Of a DNA stretch of 64,000 nt, positions 1 to 12,811 are shown piece by piece. Numbering within the stretch: position 1 is the first letter of the stretch; each line of letters opens with the position of its first letter. The notes beneath the pieces are model-generated. The model was not told the DNA's origin, did no database searches, and worked only from the letters and a program-made list of their open reading frames with translations. The position numbers and the translations under genes were made by a program. The stretch comes from Macrostomum lignano (Eukaryota), in assembly GCA_002269645.1 (NCBI GenBank), contig NIVC01002916.1, positions 62,001-126,000 on the forward strand, read 5' to 3'.

Positions 1-481
1 TTTGATCAGAATAGAAATTGCCGTGCACTTTTATACTTGTCATTAAGGGACAAAAGCTGGGCTGAATTCGAACTGCCTCAAAGCGTTGTGAGATTTCATT
101 GAGGCAGTTTGTAGTCAGCTGCAGCGTGCCGATCCCCTACTTCGCATCCCATTGTGCGCTGCCCCTGCTTGTGTGGCTATAAATATTTTAGCGTCTGCCC
201 GCCTGCGCTGCGTGCCTGGGATCGGGCAAGTGGAGGCTTGTCTGCGTCAGGCCCTTTTGTCACTGGCATCGGGAGGGGGAAAGTCAGACAGGGATTTGGG
301 GGCCGAGTGTCTGTCTGCTGCACTTTATTTATTTATTTAAGCTGCCGCAGTTACCCCTGAAAATGCATTAATTATTCATTTCGGCGATTGCAATTCCAAA
401 TTAGGAAAAAATAGCGTTTTTATGGCGGGATTATAAAATTGGGATTTCTAATTGACTGCCTCCCCGCCCCACCCCCGCCAG

Positions 482-1702
482 ACGGCTCGGGCTCGGCCGC
501 CTCGGGCCAGCTCCGTCTACCTGGCCCACCTGCTCGGCCAGGCGTCCTGTCGCCATGGTAACAGTCGACTTGGCGTCGGCGCCAGCTGTGCCAATTCGCG
601 CGCCTCCGACCTGCCGCTGGTGCCGCCCGACGCTGGCGCCGCTGCCGACTGCGGTGACGGCGCCGACCTCTCCGCGCCGCTGCCTTCGCTGTCCGGCGCT
701 GGGTCGCCGCAGTCAGCCGGCGGCTGGCAGGCGGACCCGGACTGCTGGCCTTGGCCGGAGCTGCCCGGCTTTCTCAGGCGCCTGGCCGCTGCCGACTCCC
801 GGCGGCTGTTTGCCAGCGTCGGCTCCGGCGGCTCCTCCGGCCGACTTAACGACGCCTGGCTGGGGCTGTGCAGGCGGCTGTGCAGCTTCTACTCGCCCTC
901 CGCGCTGGCCGCCCGCCCGCTGGACTGGCCCCACGCCAAGGACGCCGGCCTGTCCGCGCCGCATTTCGGCCGCCTGCTGGGCCGCCTGGCCGACCGCTGC
1001 CGCGTCCTGCACGCCTCCGCCTTCGACTTGGCGGCCGCCTGCGCCCGATTCTTTGACGAGGCCGCCGCCAAGCAGTCTGTGGCCATCGAGCTGGAGACCT
1101 CGTGCGCCCGGTGCGCTCTGCTGGTGGCCGCCTCCCTGCCGCCCGAGCTGCTCAACTCGACAGGCCTGTCGGTTGCTCTGGACCGCCTGCTCTCGGGTCC
1201 GCCCGGGCCCGCCAAGCTGCTGCTGGCCTCGCTGGACTACGCCAGGGGCGACTTCGGCCGGCGGGTGCTTCGCAAGGCTGTGGCGCCAGGCTCTAGCGCG
1301 GCCTCTGGCGCCGCCGCCTCCTCTGCCGGCGTAACCGCTGGCGCCGGCGTCGCCTCGGGTTCCTCAGCCGCGTCGAGCGGTCATTCGGCGGCCGGCACTG
1401 CAGCCGGTGCCGTCGGACCGTCGGCGTCGGCGGCCTCGATGACGAACGTCGCCCTGGCTGACGCGCCGCCTTCGGAGACCCGGCAGTTTGGCGTCCGCCT
1501 GCTGACGCTGCTGCTGCGGCTCGGCCTGGCCTGGGCCTGGGGGCCCGACCTGCTGCTGCGCCTGCTGCCCGACCCTGACGCCGCCGTGCAGGCCGCCGCC
1601 TTGGCCGCCTTGGAGGAGACCTGCGACCATCTGCAGCAGCAGCACTGGCTGAGCTCCTGCCTGCTGCGCCTGCCGGCTGCGGCCGCCCAGATTGGCGAAC
1701 AG
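482..1702 (+). CDS. rictor: Rictor (mTORC2 subunit), internal exon; the 5' part of the gene lies outside the window
   Basis: Acceptor ccgccag|482 and donor CAG|gtgaga at 1703 (phase 0). Motifs [24 protein letters not shown] and [23 protein letters not shown] match the Rictor middle region (SLDY..RVILSK; WGIELLVTQL..EALDILDEAC). Confidence 0.85.
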
Positions 1703-2410
1703 GTGAGATTTCTTTCCAGGGTGAGATTTCCATACAGAGTGAGATTTCCATGCAGGGTGAGATTTCCATGCAGGGTGGGATTTCCATGCAGGGTGGGATT
1801 TCCATGCAGGGTGGGATTTCCATGAAGGGTGGGATTTCCATCCAGGGTGGGATTTCCATGCAGGGTGAGATTTCCATGCAGGGTGGGATTTCCATGCAGG
1901 GTGAGATTTCCATGCAGGGTGAGATTTCCATGCAGGGTGGGATTTCCATGCAGGGTGAGATTTCCATGCAGGGTGAGATTTCCATGCAGGGTGGGATTTC
2001 CATGCAGGGTGGGATTTCCATACAGGGTGGGATTTCCATGCAGGGTGGGATTTCCATGCAGGGTGGGATTTCCATCCAGGGTGGGATTTCCATACAGAGT
2101 GAGATTTCCATGCAGGGTGAGATTTCCATGCAGGGTGGGATTTCCATGCAGGGTGGGATTTCCATGCAGGGTGGGATTTCCATGCAGGGTGGGATTTCCA
2201 TGCAGGGTGGGATTTCCATCCAGGGTGGGATTTCCATGCAGGGTGAGATTTCCATGCAGGGTGAGATTTCCATACAGAGTGAGATTTCCATACAGAGTGA
2301 GATTTCCATACAGGGTGAGATTTCCATACAGAGTGAGATTTCCATACACTGTGAGATTTCCATACAGAGTGAGATTTCCATACACTGTGAGATTTCCATA
2401 CACTGTGAGA
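1703..2410. repeat. 18-bp intronic minisatellite (GGTGAGATTTCCATGCAG)
   Basis: About 38 copies, starting at the donor. Confidence 0.95.
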
Positions 2411-2467
2411 TTCCAAAAATATTCAACGCGTTGCTGAACCAGAAAAATATCCCGAATGTCTCACCAG

Positions 2468-3267
2468 GCGGCGCCCCTCCTAGCGCGCCTGTGTGGCCAC
2501 CCGGCCGGCTACCGGGCCATGTCGGAGCGCGCCCTGCTGCAGCAGCAGTGGCAGCTGTGGCGCTGCGGCCTGTGCGCCAAATATCCGCACACTGTGGACA
2601 CTCTGCTGGCCGAGTCTTACGCCTCCTGCTGCCGGCTGCCAACCCACTTGCTCGGCCAGCTCGCCCGCCACTCGGACGGTGTCCGCTACCTGGCCGGCCA
2701 GTCCTACGTGGCCGGCCTGGCCCAGCGAGTTCGTGACCTCCCCGGTGAGGACGCCGAGTTCTGGTGCGACCGGGCGGAGGTGGCCGCCGCCAAGGCCGCG
2801 CTGTGGGCTGTCGGTCACGTGGCCTCCACTGAGCTCGGCCTGCTGCTGCTCGAAGGCCGGAGCGACGGCGACTGCGATAATGACGACGGCAACTGCGTCG
2901 GAATCGGAGTCGGCGCTGTGGCATCGATGGCGCAGCTGGCGCAGGCCTGCCCGGTACTCAGCGTCCGAGGCGTCTGCTTCTGGGCGCTGTGCCTTGTCGC
3001 CTCCAGCCAGGCTGGCGGCCGCCTTCTGGAGCGGCTGGGCTGGCTGCACTCGCGCGACTGCCACCGCTGGCTGGCCCGGCCGGTCTGCCTGTCTGACGAT
3101 GACCCAGCGGCGGCCGACTGCGCCGGGATCGTGTTCGATGAGGAGGACGAGTTTGTCGTTGGCTGCGGCGACGCTGCGTTTGGCAGCGGCTTCGAATTTG
3201 GCGAATCTGGCACTGGCGATGATGACACCTTCACTGCATCGTCTACTCAGTCTCCGAGGCCTGTCAG
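2468..3267 (+). CDS. rictor: Rictor exon
   Basis: Acceptor tcaccag|2468 (phase 0) and donor AG|gtgagg (phase 2). HLLGQLARH..AKAALWAVGHVAS..LAQACPVLSVRGVCFWALCLVA matches Rictor HLYGQL..KASLWALG..CEVLSIRGTC. Confidence 0.9.
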
Positions 3268-3311
3268 GTGAGGCCTGGTTGGCGTTGGGGCGAGTTATAT
3301 AAGGTTTGGTG

Positions 3312-3580
3312 TAGTTTGAGTAGCTGGGGTACAGTTTGAGTAGGTTGGGTACAGTTTGAGTAGCTTGGGTACAGTTTGAGTAGGTTGGGTACAGTTTTGA
3401 GTAGATTGGGTACAGTTTGAGTAGGTTGGGTACAGTTTTGAGTAGCTTGGGTACAGTTTGAGTAGGTTGGGTACAGTTTGAGTAGCTTGGGTGGAGATTG
3501 AGTAGGTTGGGTAGAGTTTGAGTAGCTTTGGTACAGCTTAAATAACTCGGGTGGATGTTGAGTAGGTTCTGCAAATTTGA
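3312..3580. repeat. 21/22-bp minisatellite (GTACAGTTTGAGTAGGTTGGG)
   Basis: Tandem copies in a Rictor intron. Confidence 0.9.
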
Positions 3581-4029
3581 GTAAGTTTATGTTCAGTTTA
3601 AGCAGGTTGAACTTGAGCACGTGTTACGAATCGTGCCCAGTTGGAAGTGTGGGTAGGGTTTTGATAATCGGCCGTAATTTAATAATGCGGCTATGAAGCT
3701 CCATCACTAATGAGCGATGGCGCAGGCAAACTCTTGTTCAAAGCCGGCTCTTAAATCAAGTGAAGCGGCTCACGCGGATTCCCAGCAGCCCAACAGTCCG
3801 AATTTCTGCGCCAAGATTGATTGGCAATCGGCCTCCCGCTGGGACTCTTTTTATTGCAAAATAGCGCAGCCTTATTGATGTTGCCTTCTCTGGCAGGCAG
3901 TGATTGATTGCTTCCCGCTGGCGCTTCAAAGTTGGGCTGCGGTTTTACCTGCCTGTCTATTGTGTCTTCAAATCGATTGAGACATGACTGCCGCGTAACT
4001 CCTGTGCCACCCCTGTCCAGTCCGCATTT

Positions 4030-5165
4030 TCTATCCGCTCCCTATCCGCCCTTAAGACACATTTTATATCCGCCCCCCCCATAGAGACACATTTTCTATC
4101 CGCTCCCTATCCGCCCTTAAGACACATTTTATATCCGCCCCCCCCCATAGAGACACATTTTCTATCCGCTCCCTATCCGCCCTTAAGACACATTTTCTAT
4201 CCGCCCCCATAAAGACACGTTTTCTATCCGCCCCCCCCCCCCATAAAGACACATTTTCTACCCGCCCCCACCAAAAAGACACATTTTCTACCCGCCCCCA
4301 CCATAAAGACACATTTTCTACCGCCCCCACCAAAAAGACACATTTTCTATCCGCCCCCATAAAGACACGTTTTCTATCCGCCCCCCCCCATAAAGACACA
4401 TTTTCTATCCGCCCCCACCATAAAGACACATTTTCTACCCGCCCCCACCAAAAAGACACATTTTCTACCCGCCCCCACCATAAAGACACATTTTCTACCG
4501 CCCCCACCAAAAAGACACATTTTCTATCCGCCCCCATAAAGACACGTTTTCTATCCGCCCCCCCCCCCCATAAAGACACATTTTCTATCCGCCCCCACCA
4601 TAAAGACACATTTTCTACCCGCCCCACCATAAAGACACATTTTCTACCCGCCCCCACCAAAAAGACACGTTTTCTATCCGCCCCCCCCATAAAGACACAT
4701 TTTCTACCCGCCCCACCAAAAAGACACGTTTTCTATCCGCCCCCCCATAAAGACACATTTTCTACACGCCCCCAAAAAAAACACATTTTCTATCCGACCC
4801 CCATAAAGACACATTTTCTATACGCCCCCATAAAGACACATTTTCTATCCGCCCCTTTAAAGACACATTTTCTATCCGCCCCTTTAAAGACACATTTTCT
4901 ATCCGCCCTATAGAGACACATTTTATATCAGCCCCATAAAGACACATTTTCTATCTGCTTCTGTAAAGACATATTTTCTATCCGCCCCTTTGAGGACACA
5001 TTTTCTATCCGCCCTATAGAGACACATTTTATATCAGCCCCATAAAGACACATTTTCTATCTGCTTCTGTAAAGACATATTTTCTATCCGCCCCTTTGAG
5101 GACACATTTTCTATCCGCCCTATAGAGACACATTTTCTATCCGCCCCCATAAAGACACATTTCCA
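4030..5165. repeat. ~28-32-bp minisatellite (AAAGACACATTTTCTATCCGCCCCC)
   Basis: Tandem copies with a variable C-run. Confidence 0.92.
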
Positions 5166-5305
5166 ACCGCCCCCAGACACATTCATCCGATCTATTCGCC
5201 CATATCGCCCACACACTGCACCTGTTCAAGCCCTTCAGGCACTGTTAATTCTACTATCAAGTGCACGCCCAGACCAGATCAATTGTCGTTCCCGTCCCGC
5301 CGCAG

Positions 5306-6236
5306 ACGCCGCAAAGGTCGCAGCTCGAGCGAAAGCGAGGACGTCCTGACCCGGATGCTGGTGCTGCCGGACGCCAGGCGGACCTGGACCGGCACCTCGG
5401 CCGCCAGCCTGCTCAGCCGGGTGCGCCAGCTCGGCGCCAACGTCACCGTCACCTCCGCCTCCCTGGCCGCCATCAGCCAGCAGCCGGTCTTCGCTGAGGA
5501 AGCCGCCGCGGCTGCCGCTGGCGCATCATCGATTCCGCCGCGCCGAGCGCCGCCACCAACGCCGGCCGGCCTGGCGCTGCCGCGCGACCCGCACGCGCTC
5601 ACCTTGCACCGGCACTGCGGCTCCGCGTTTGCCGCTGCGACCAGCGCCGCCGCCTCAGCATCTGCCGCGTCCGCCTCGACATCCGCGTCCTCCCAGAAGC
5701 AGCAGCGGCAGCAGCGGATTTCGTCTTCGCAGGCGCCACCGCCGCCGGACGATTCGGCGCCGACCAGCGGCTACGCCAGCTGCGTTGGCTCCCGCGCCCA
5801 GCTGGCCGGCCCGGAGCCCGGCGAGCTCCTCCTGCTGGCCGCCGCTAGCGACGCCGGCGGATCTCCGCCTGGCGAGGCCGCCCACGCCGAGGAGGCCTGC
5901 GTCGGCTGCCGGCTTCGACAGCACCGATCCGCCCGCCGGTGGACCGCGCAGACGCCGCCGCCCGATGCCGACGATTCTACGGCGGCTGCTGCCGCGTCGC
6001 CGGCGGGCACCGCTAGACGCGACGTGCTCAGGCTGGTCGGCCTGCTCACCTGCCAGGTGAATCTGGCAAAAAATGAAGACGCCCTGGTGCAGCTGCGCGC
6101 CCGCTGGCCCCGCCTGTTCGACCTGTGCCTGTACTCGGATGTCTCCCTGCTGCTGGCCAGGTTCCCCTACACCCGGCGCAACCGGGCCTTCGTGCAGGAC
6201 CTCTTCAGCGACCCCTGCTGCCGCCTGTTTTCCTGA
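5306..6236 (+). CDS. rictor: Rictor terminal exon
   Basis: Acceptor ccgcag|5306 is phase-compatible (AG+A=Arg). The C-terminus VLRLVGLL..FDLCLYSDVSLLL..RAFVQDLF matches the Rictor C-terminus. TGA at 6234-6236; AATAAA at 6284. Confidence 0.9.
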
Positions 6237-6339
6237 GGCTCGGGCTTTGCACTTTTGAAATCGCCTCGAAGTAGTATTACTGAAATAAATTAACTTTAAG
6301 CAACCCAGAAAATCGTCCCAAAAGAATCTTCATAAACAC

Positions 6340-7060
6340 CCCCCAGAGAATCGCCCTAAACAGCCCAAGGAATCGCCCTAAACACCCCCAGAGAATCGCC
6401 CTAAACAGGCCCAGAGAATCGCCCTAAACAGCCCAGGGAATTGCCCTAAACAGCCCACAGAATTGCCCTAAACAGCCCAGAGAATTGCCCTAAACAGCCC
6501 ACTGAATTGCCCTAAACAGCCCACAGAATTGCCCTAAACAGCCCAGGGAATTGCCCTAAACAGCCCACAGAATTGCCCTAAACAGCCCAGAGAATTGCCC
6601 TAAACAGCCCACAGAATTGCCCTAAACAGCTCCAGAGAATCGCCCTAAACAGCCCACAGAATCGCCCTAAACAGCCCAGAGAATCGCCCTAAACTGCCGC
6701 AGAGAATCGCCCTAAACAGCCCCCAGAGAATCGCCCTAAACAGCCCAGGGAATTGCCCTAAACAGCCCAGAGAATTGCCCTAAACAGCCCACTGAATTGC
6801 CCTAAACAGCCCACTGAATTGCCCTAAACAGCTCCAGAGAATCGCCCTAAACAGCCCCACAGAATCGCCCTAAACAGCCCAGAGAATCGCCCTAAACTGC
6901 CGCAGAGAATCGCCCTAAACAGCCCCCAGAGAATCGCCCTAAACAGCCCAGGGAATTGCCCTAAACAGCCCAGAGAATTGCCCTAAACAGCCCACTGAAT
7001 TGCCCTAAACAGCCCCAGAGAATCGCGCTAAACAGCCCCACAGAATCGCACTAAACAGCC
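6340..7060. repeat. ~22-bp minisatellite (GAATTGCCCTAAACAGCCCACA)
   Basis: Tandem copies downstream of the Rictor stop. Confidence 0.92.
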
Positions 7061-7996
7061 GCAGTCGCAGTGCAATCGATAAAATCAGAACAGCTGCAAT
7101 TGTGGTGCTCCACCCATTTGTTTTTATCTTATTCTTTTGGATATTTTATCCCGGATACAGGCGGACACAGGAGTCTGTCTGCACCTGTGCATGCTGCAAT
7201 GCCGTGTAGTTTATGCAATTTATTTTTATCACGTTGGCCCACCGTGTGAATCGCAATCTCTAAGCCTGGATTTTTTCTACACCTCCAGTCTTGCAACTCG
7301 CAGATTTTGTTAGGAAGTTGCAATTGTGTTTTCTCTGCTCCCGGCTTCGCTTCCCTCTCTCTAGTCAGGCACAGCTTGCTGCTCCAAAAATCTCCCAGCC
7401 TCCTTCAAGGTCCACCGCGCATCGCATTCTCACGCCTCTCGAGGTTTGCTGGCACACGCAGTGCTTTTTTAATTGCTGCTTTTATTACTGTGCATCTTCT
7501 TTTGCTCGCCAGCTGCTGGCCCGGGCTTTCAGATTTGCTGACCAACAAAGCAGCTGGATTCTGTTAGCATTGTTTTAATGCTGTGTGTCTCCGTGCTACC
7601 TCATCACTGCCCTCGCAATGCAAGCTCGGACTCCCAACTGCTCTGCTTCCGCTTCTAGCGCTAGTAGCCTCAGTGCCTCCGCTTGCAGCCACCCCCCCCC
7701 CTGCCCGCCAGCTGTGTGCTGGCGCTATTCACATGAATGAATATTTATATTTATGTTTTCGTTGTTTTCTGTGTTACCCCTGTCGCCTGACTGGCTATAT
7801 TTATATATAGATACTCACTGTTAACCAACAGGGCTTGTCTGACTGATTAAATATTTCATATATATAAATTATTATGTAGCCTAATTATTGAATACTATCC
7901 ATATAGTATTGGCCGGCTTTGAGCACCTTTACTGAATAACTGAAAGCGACTTCAGCCTGCTGGAGTTTTGTGAGTGATTTTGGTGACTTTTGTTCA

Positions 7997-9000
7997 GCCG
8001 TCAGGGAGGGTGTTTGTAGGACACTGCAGCTCATTCTGACCGTCAGGGAGGGTGTTTGTAGGACACTGCAGCTCATTCTGACCCCGTCAGGGAGGGTGTT
8101 TGTAGGACACTGCAGCTCATTCTGACCCTGTCAGGGAGGGTGTTTGTAGGACACTGCAGCTCATTCTGACCCCGTCAGGGAGGGTGTTTGTAGGACACTG
8201 CAGCTCATTCTGACCGTCAGGGAGGGTGTTTGTAGGACACTGCAGCTCATTCTGACCCCGTTAGGGAGGGTGTTTGTAGGACACTGCAGCTCATTCTGAC
8301 CGTCAGGGAGGGTGTTTGTAGGACACTGCAGCTCATTCTGACCGTCAGGGAGGGTGTTTGTAGGACACTGCAGCTCATTCTGACCGTCAGGGAGGGTGTT
8401 TGTAGGACACTGCAGCTCATTCTGACCCCGTTAGGGAGGGTGTTTGTAGGACACTGCAGCTCATTCTGACCCTGTCAGGGAGGGTGTTTGTAGGACACTG
8501 CAGCTCATTCTGACCCCGTCAGGGAGGGTGTTTGTAGGACACTGCAGCTCATTCTGACCCCGTCAGGGACGGTGTTTGTAGGACACTGCAGCTCATTCTG
8601 ACCGTCAGGGAGGGTGTTTGTAGGACACTGCAGCTCATCTGACCCTGTCAGGGAGGGTGTTTGTAGGACACTGCAGCTCATTCTGACCGTCAGGGAGGGT
8701 ATTTGTAGGACACTGCAGCTCATTCTGACCCCGTCAGGGAGGGTGTTTGTAGGACACTGCAGCTCATTCTGACCCCGTCAGGGAGGGTGTTTGTAGGACA
8801 CTGCAGCTCATTCTGACCGTCAGGGAGGGTATTTGTAGGACACTGCAGCTCATTCTGACCGTCAGGGAGGGTATTTGTAGGACACTGCAGCTCATTCTGA
8901 CCGTCAGGGAGGGTATTTGTAGGACACTGCAGCTCATTCTGACCGTCAGGGAGGGTATTTGTAGGAAACTGCAGCTCATCTGACCCTGTCAGGGAGGGTA
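7997..9000. repeat. 42/44-bp minisatellite (GTCAGGGAGGGTGTTTGTAGGACACTGCAGCTCATTCTGACC)
   Basis: About 23 copies, intergenic. Confidence 0.95.
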
Positions 9001-9439
9001 TTGGAGCCGCGCACTTTAGCAGCGCATGACCTGAAGAAAACGTGTGGCAAGTTGAGCTCCAAGGCGTTCATCGGGAATTTCCACTGCCAGGCTGCACTGT
9101 GTGGCCGCGGGGACCGTGCCGCCAGGGTCCATGGAAATTTCCTTCTAATTGGGTTTGAGAATCTCGGATTGGTCCCCGAATGCTAATGAGGGCAATTCGA
9201 ATGGGCCGAACTCGGCTGCGATTCCTGCCTACCGTCTGTCCTGCCCTTCTCTGAGAAAGAATACAAAAATTATGATTGAAAGTTGGACTACTACGGCAGT
9301 GCAGCGATTCCAGATAATTAATAATTCATGAGATCGCTAAAATCTTTCCTCAGGTTGTAAAAACTGCCTGAGCCGCTTTGCGAGTCTGACGTTTAACTTT
9401 AGCTGTGCTCCGTGTTCCAAGCTTGTCCAAGCTCAATGT

Positions 9440-9590
9440 GCCTTGGTGCTGGCGCCCCTTGGTGCTGGCGCCCCTTGGTGCTGGCGCCCCTTGGTGCTGG
9501 CGCCCCTTGGTGCTGGCGCCCCTTGGTGCTGGCGCCCCTTGGTGCTGGCGCCCCTTGGTGCTGGCGCCTCTTGGTGCTGGTGCCCCTTGG
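9440..9590. repeat. 16-bp minisatellite (CCTTGGTGCTGGCGCC)
   Basis: About 9 copies. Confidence 0.9.
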
Positions 9591-10266
9591 CGTGGCTATG
9601 AGGGACCCTCAAGTCCGTGAGACCTTGGCGTGGCCTTGGGATTGCTCCAGCGTGTTCATCTCACGCTCCTTCAGCTCACATTTCTAAAAATATCCTTAAT
9701 CAACTCCAGTTTTTTCATTAATTAGTATCATTGAAGAAGGGTGTCCATGTTTTGATTAATTTTCCTCAAAGTGCTTGACTGAGTAGCGAATGAATTCAGT
9801 GAAATCCCGTACATTGCGTACTTTTTATTATTTTCGATCACTTGGTTATGATTAAATGTTACGAGTATGTACAGTTTAGTTACCTGTACTGTTACCGAAC
9901 CACACTGATAGATTTGAAACAGAGCAAAAATTTACAGTTTTCAAAGCATTCACTGTGCGCGTCTGTGTGAATGAGAGGAACAAAAATAATGACGATTATG
10001 ACACATTATGACACAGCTCTGGCATAAAATTTCACGAATTTACGAGCTCAGTTAATCTGCTTATTTCTCATTGGCTGAAAAGCTCTCCTGCTTTCTGATT
10101 GGCCAGATCAAGCTCATGTGCTCATCTCTCATTGGCTGAAAAGCTCTCCTGCTCTGATTGGCCAGATCAAGTCCACGTGCTCATCTCTCATTGGCTGAAA
10201 AAACTAGTGCTCTCTAATTGGCCAGATCAATCTAAACGTTTCTCCAAGGGCACCTGGCCCTGATCG

Positions 10267-10745
10267 TCAAGCCGGCCGCAGCCGCTGGTGCAGCGTCATT
10301 GGCGGAGTCGAGGATCGGGCCGTGTACACATCATGATCCGTCTGGTGCCGGCTCATGCTCAGCGAAGCCGGGTGTCGGCCGCTTCCGACTACCGCGCCGG
10401 CGCCGGCATCGACACCCGACCCGCCGGCGCCGAGACCGCTGACTCCGTGTCCCAGCGCGTCGATGTCACTGCTGCTGTGCGTGTACTGCAGCACTCGCTG
10501 GAGCTGCTGGTGCTGCTGCGGGGGCTCAGCTGGCAGATGCTGTCGCGGCGCGTCGGCTTGGGGTGGCAGCGAGTGCCGACTGTAGGCCGCCGCCGCCGGC
10601 TGGAGCGACTGAGCCTGCACGGCGGCTCTGGCGGAGAGCAGCCGCTCCAGCCAGTCGTCGCTGGCGCGCTGGTCCGGAGCCACCAGGTAGAGCAGACAGT
10701 CCACGCTTGAGAAGTCAGTGAGCGACACCAGCAGGAATGCGGAGG
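10267..10745 (-). CDS. PLEKHG5-like RhoGEF terminal exon (end of PH domain plus tail)
   Basis: Acceptor ccgcag|10745 (phase 1). SAFLLVSLTDF..DDWLERLLSA parallels the PLEKHG5 PH end (GSFLLIYLNEF..WVDTIYNA). Stop at 10267. Confidence 0.8.
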
Positions 10746-10767
10746 CTGCGGGTTGGTGTTGGTGTGC

Positions 10768-11130
10768 CGGGTGTGGGATGCTGAGTGTGGGATGCTGAGT
10801 GTGGGATGCTGAGTGTGGGATGCTGAGTGTGGGATGCCGGGTGTGGGATGCTGAGTGTGGGATGCTGAGTGTGGGATGCTGAGTGTGGGATGCCGGGTGT
10901 GGGATGCCGGGTGTGGGATGCTGAGTGTGGGATGCCGGGTGTGTGGGATGCCGGGTGTGTGGGATGCTGAGTGTGGGATGCCGGGTGTGTGGGATGCCGG
11001 GTGTGTGGGATGCTGAGTGTGGGATGCCGGGTGTGTGGGATGCTGAGTGTGGGATGCCGGGTGTGTGGGATGCTGAGTGTGGGATGCCGAGTGTGTGGGA
11101 TGCCGTGGGTGGGATGCCGGGGTGGGATGC
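10768..11130. repeat. 16/18-bp minisatellite (GTGTGGGATGCTGA)
   Basis: Fills a RhoGEF intron. Confidence 0.9.
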
Positions 11131-11336
11131 CCGGTGTGAGGTGCCGGGGGTGGGTTACTATGTATGGGATGACAAGGTGAGGAGCTGACATTCCCAGCCG
11201 TTTCCGATTTTACGAGCATGACGCCTCTCTCTATGAAAAAAGCGGCAATTCGCATCATTGACTACTACTACTCAGCAGTAGTAAGTTGCGAGTTGATTGT
11301 CAGAATTCGGCACCCCAGCGCGTCAATTTCACTCAC

Positions 11337-11469
11337 AGCTGTCCGTCAGCCGGTGGATGAGCAGCCGCTCCAGCGGGATCGGCGGCCGCAGCAGTCGCAG
11401 GTTGCTGCGCTTGCCGCACTTGGTGAGCAGCAGCAGGTCGGTGAACAGGAGGCACCGGGCGTCGCTGCA
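11337..11469 (-). CDS. PLEKHG5-like RhoGEF exon (PH domain)
   Basis: ttccag|...T|gtgagt. CLLFTDLLLLTK..LLRPPIPLERL matches CFLFTDLLLVTK..VIRPPL. Confidence 0.85.
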
Positions 11470-12004
11470 CTGGAATTGAGAAAACTTTTTGAGTGCATTT
11501 ATGCAGCCTCTGATGCACCGTGTGCGTGACAAGTTTGCTTATTCAGCTTAATTTTCAGCATGAATTTTGAGGGGCGCTTGAATTGGAGGCCGATGCGATG
11601 CAAACAACCGAAAACACACGAATCCTTGAAGGACAGTCGAGACATATAGTTGAAAGCTGTCCTTCTCCCAGATCCCCATTCTCTCATTCCCATTTCTCTC
11701 CTACCGCCTAAGGCGCAGCAGCTCCTTCCAGCCGCATCTCACAGGCCTCTAAACCTAATTTACTGCTTTTCCCGTCCCCAGCATCCGGCTTGTTGGATTA
11801 ATTCAGCTAGCGGCATCTCCTGTGATTATTTTTTGCTAACTATTTTTATTCTGGGATATTTCCAGTTAAGGTTTAAGGTTAGAGTTTGGGTAGAAAGAGA
11901 AAGTTGACAGAATTTTGACAAACTATTGAAGTACAATGTTAAAAGAAATAATACTGAAACTCAGCATTCAAACCCGTAAGCTTCTTTTTTAAATGCGAAC
12001 AGCA

Positions 12005-12303
12005 TTCTCGTCCCTTGGCTGCACCCACCTCTCCACTCTCGTCCCTCGGCTGCATCCACCCCTCCACTCTCGTCCCTCGGCTGCACCCACCTCTCCACTC
12101 TCGTCCCTCGGCTGCACCCACCTCTCCACTCTTGTCCCTCGGCTGCACCCACCTCTCCACTCTCGTCCCTCGGCTGCACCCACCTCTCCACTCTCGTCCC
12201 TCGGCTGCACCCACCTCTCCACTCTCGTCCCTCGGCTGCACCCTCCTCTCCACTCTCGTCCCTCGGCTGCACCCACCTCTCCACTCTCGTCCCTCGGCTG
12301 CAC
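12005..12303. repeat. 31-bp minisatellite
   Basis: CTCTCCACTCTCGTCCCTCGGCTGCACCCAC, about 9 copies. Confidence 0.9.
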
Positions 12304-12367
12304 CAAACTCCCTCTTTTTCCATTCCCTTGAGTCCTGGACGCACCGCCCCGCCGTTCCCCCTCTTAC

Positions 12368-12622
12368 TTTTCCTTTTTCGTCCCTGAGTCGCAGTTCGCC
12401 CTCGCAAATTTTCCGCCGCTGCTGTCCATTGTGCGGCATCGGTCGTGTCAGGTCCAGCCGGTAGCGGTCAAGAAGGCTGGCCGCCTCATCGCCAAGCGCT
12501 TCGCGCCACTCCTGCATTTTAGCGTCCTCCAACCGATCTGCGACGCCGCGGACCTCCTCCTGGTCGGACTTGAGCTGGTAGGATGAGTTTAACCGGCTGC
12601 AGAAATCTGTGGTGTGGGCGAT
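12368..12622 (-). CDS. PLEKHG5-like RhoGEF exon (DH-PH linker)
   Basis: ttccag|ATC...AAA|gtaaga, 255 nt. LDLTRPMP..RRKICEGELRLRDEKGK matches LDLTAPIP..LLLEGSLRMKE. Confidence 0.85.
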
Positions 12623-12811
12623 CTGGAACGGGGGAAATGATAGTACCTTCGTCAGCGGGCCAACCGACTACTGAAATTCGCCAAAATTCGAATACTTTCT
12701 TTTTTGGGAAAGTACATTTGGTCACCCTAAATCTACGCTCGTAATCTACGTAAGTTTTCTATCCCTTCGTCTTTGTACATTCTCTAGACCCGGACTTCGG
12801 TGATTTGCATT

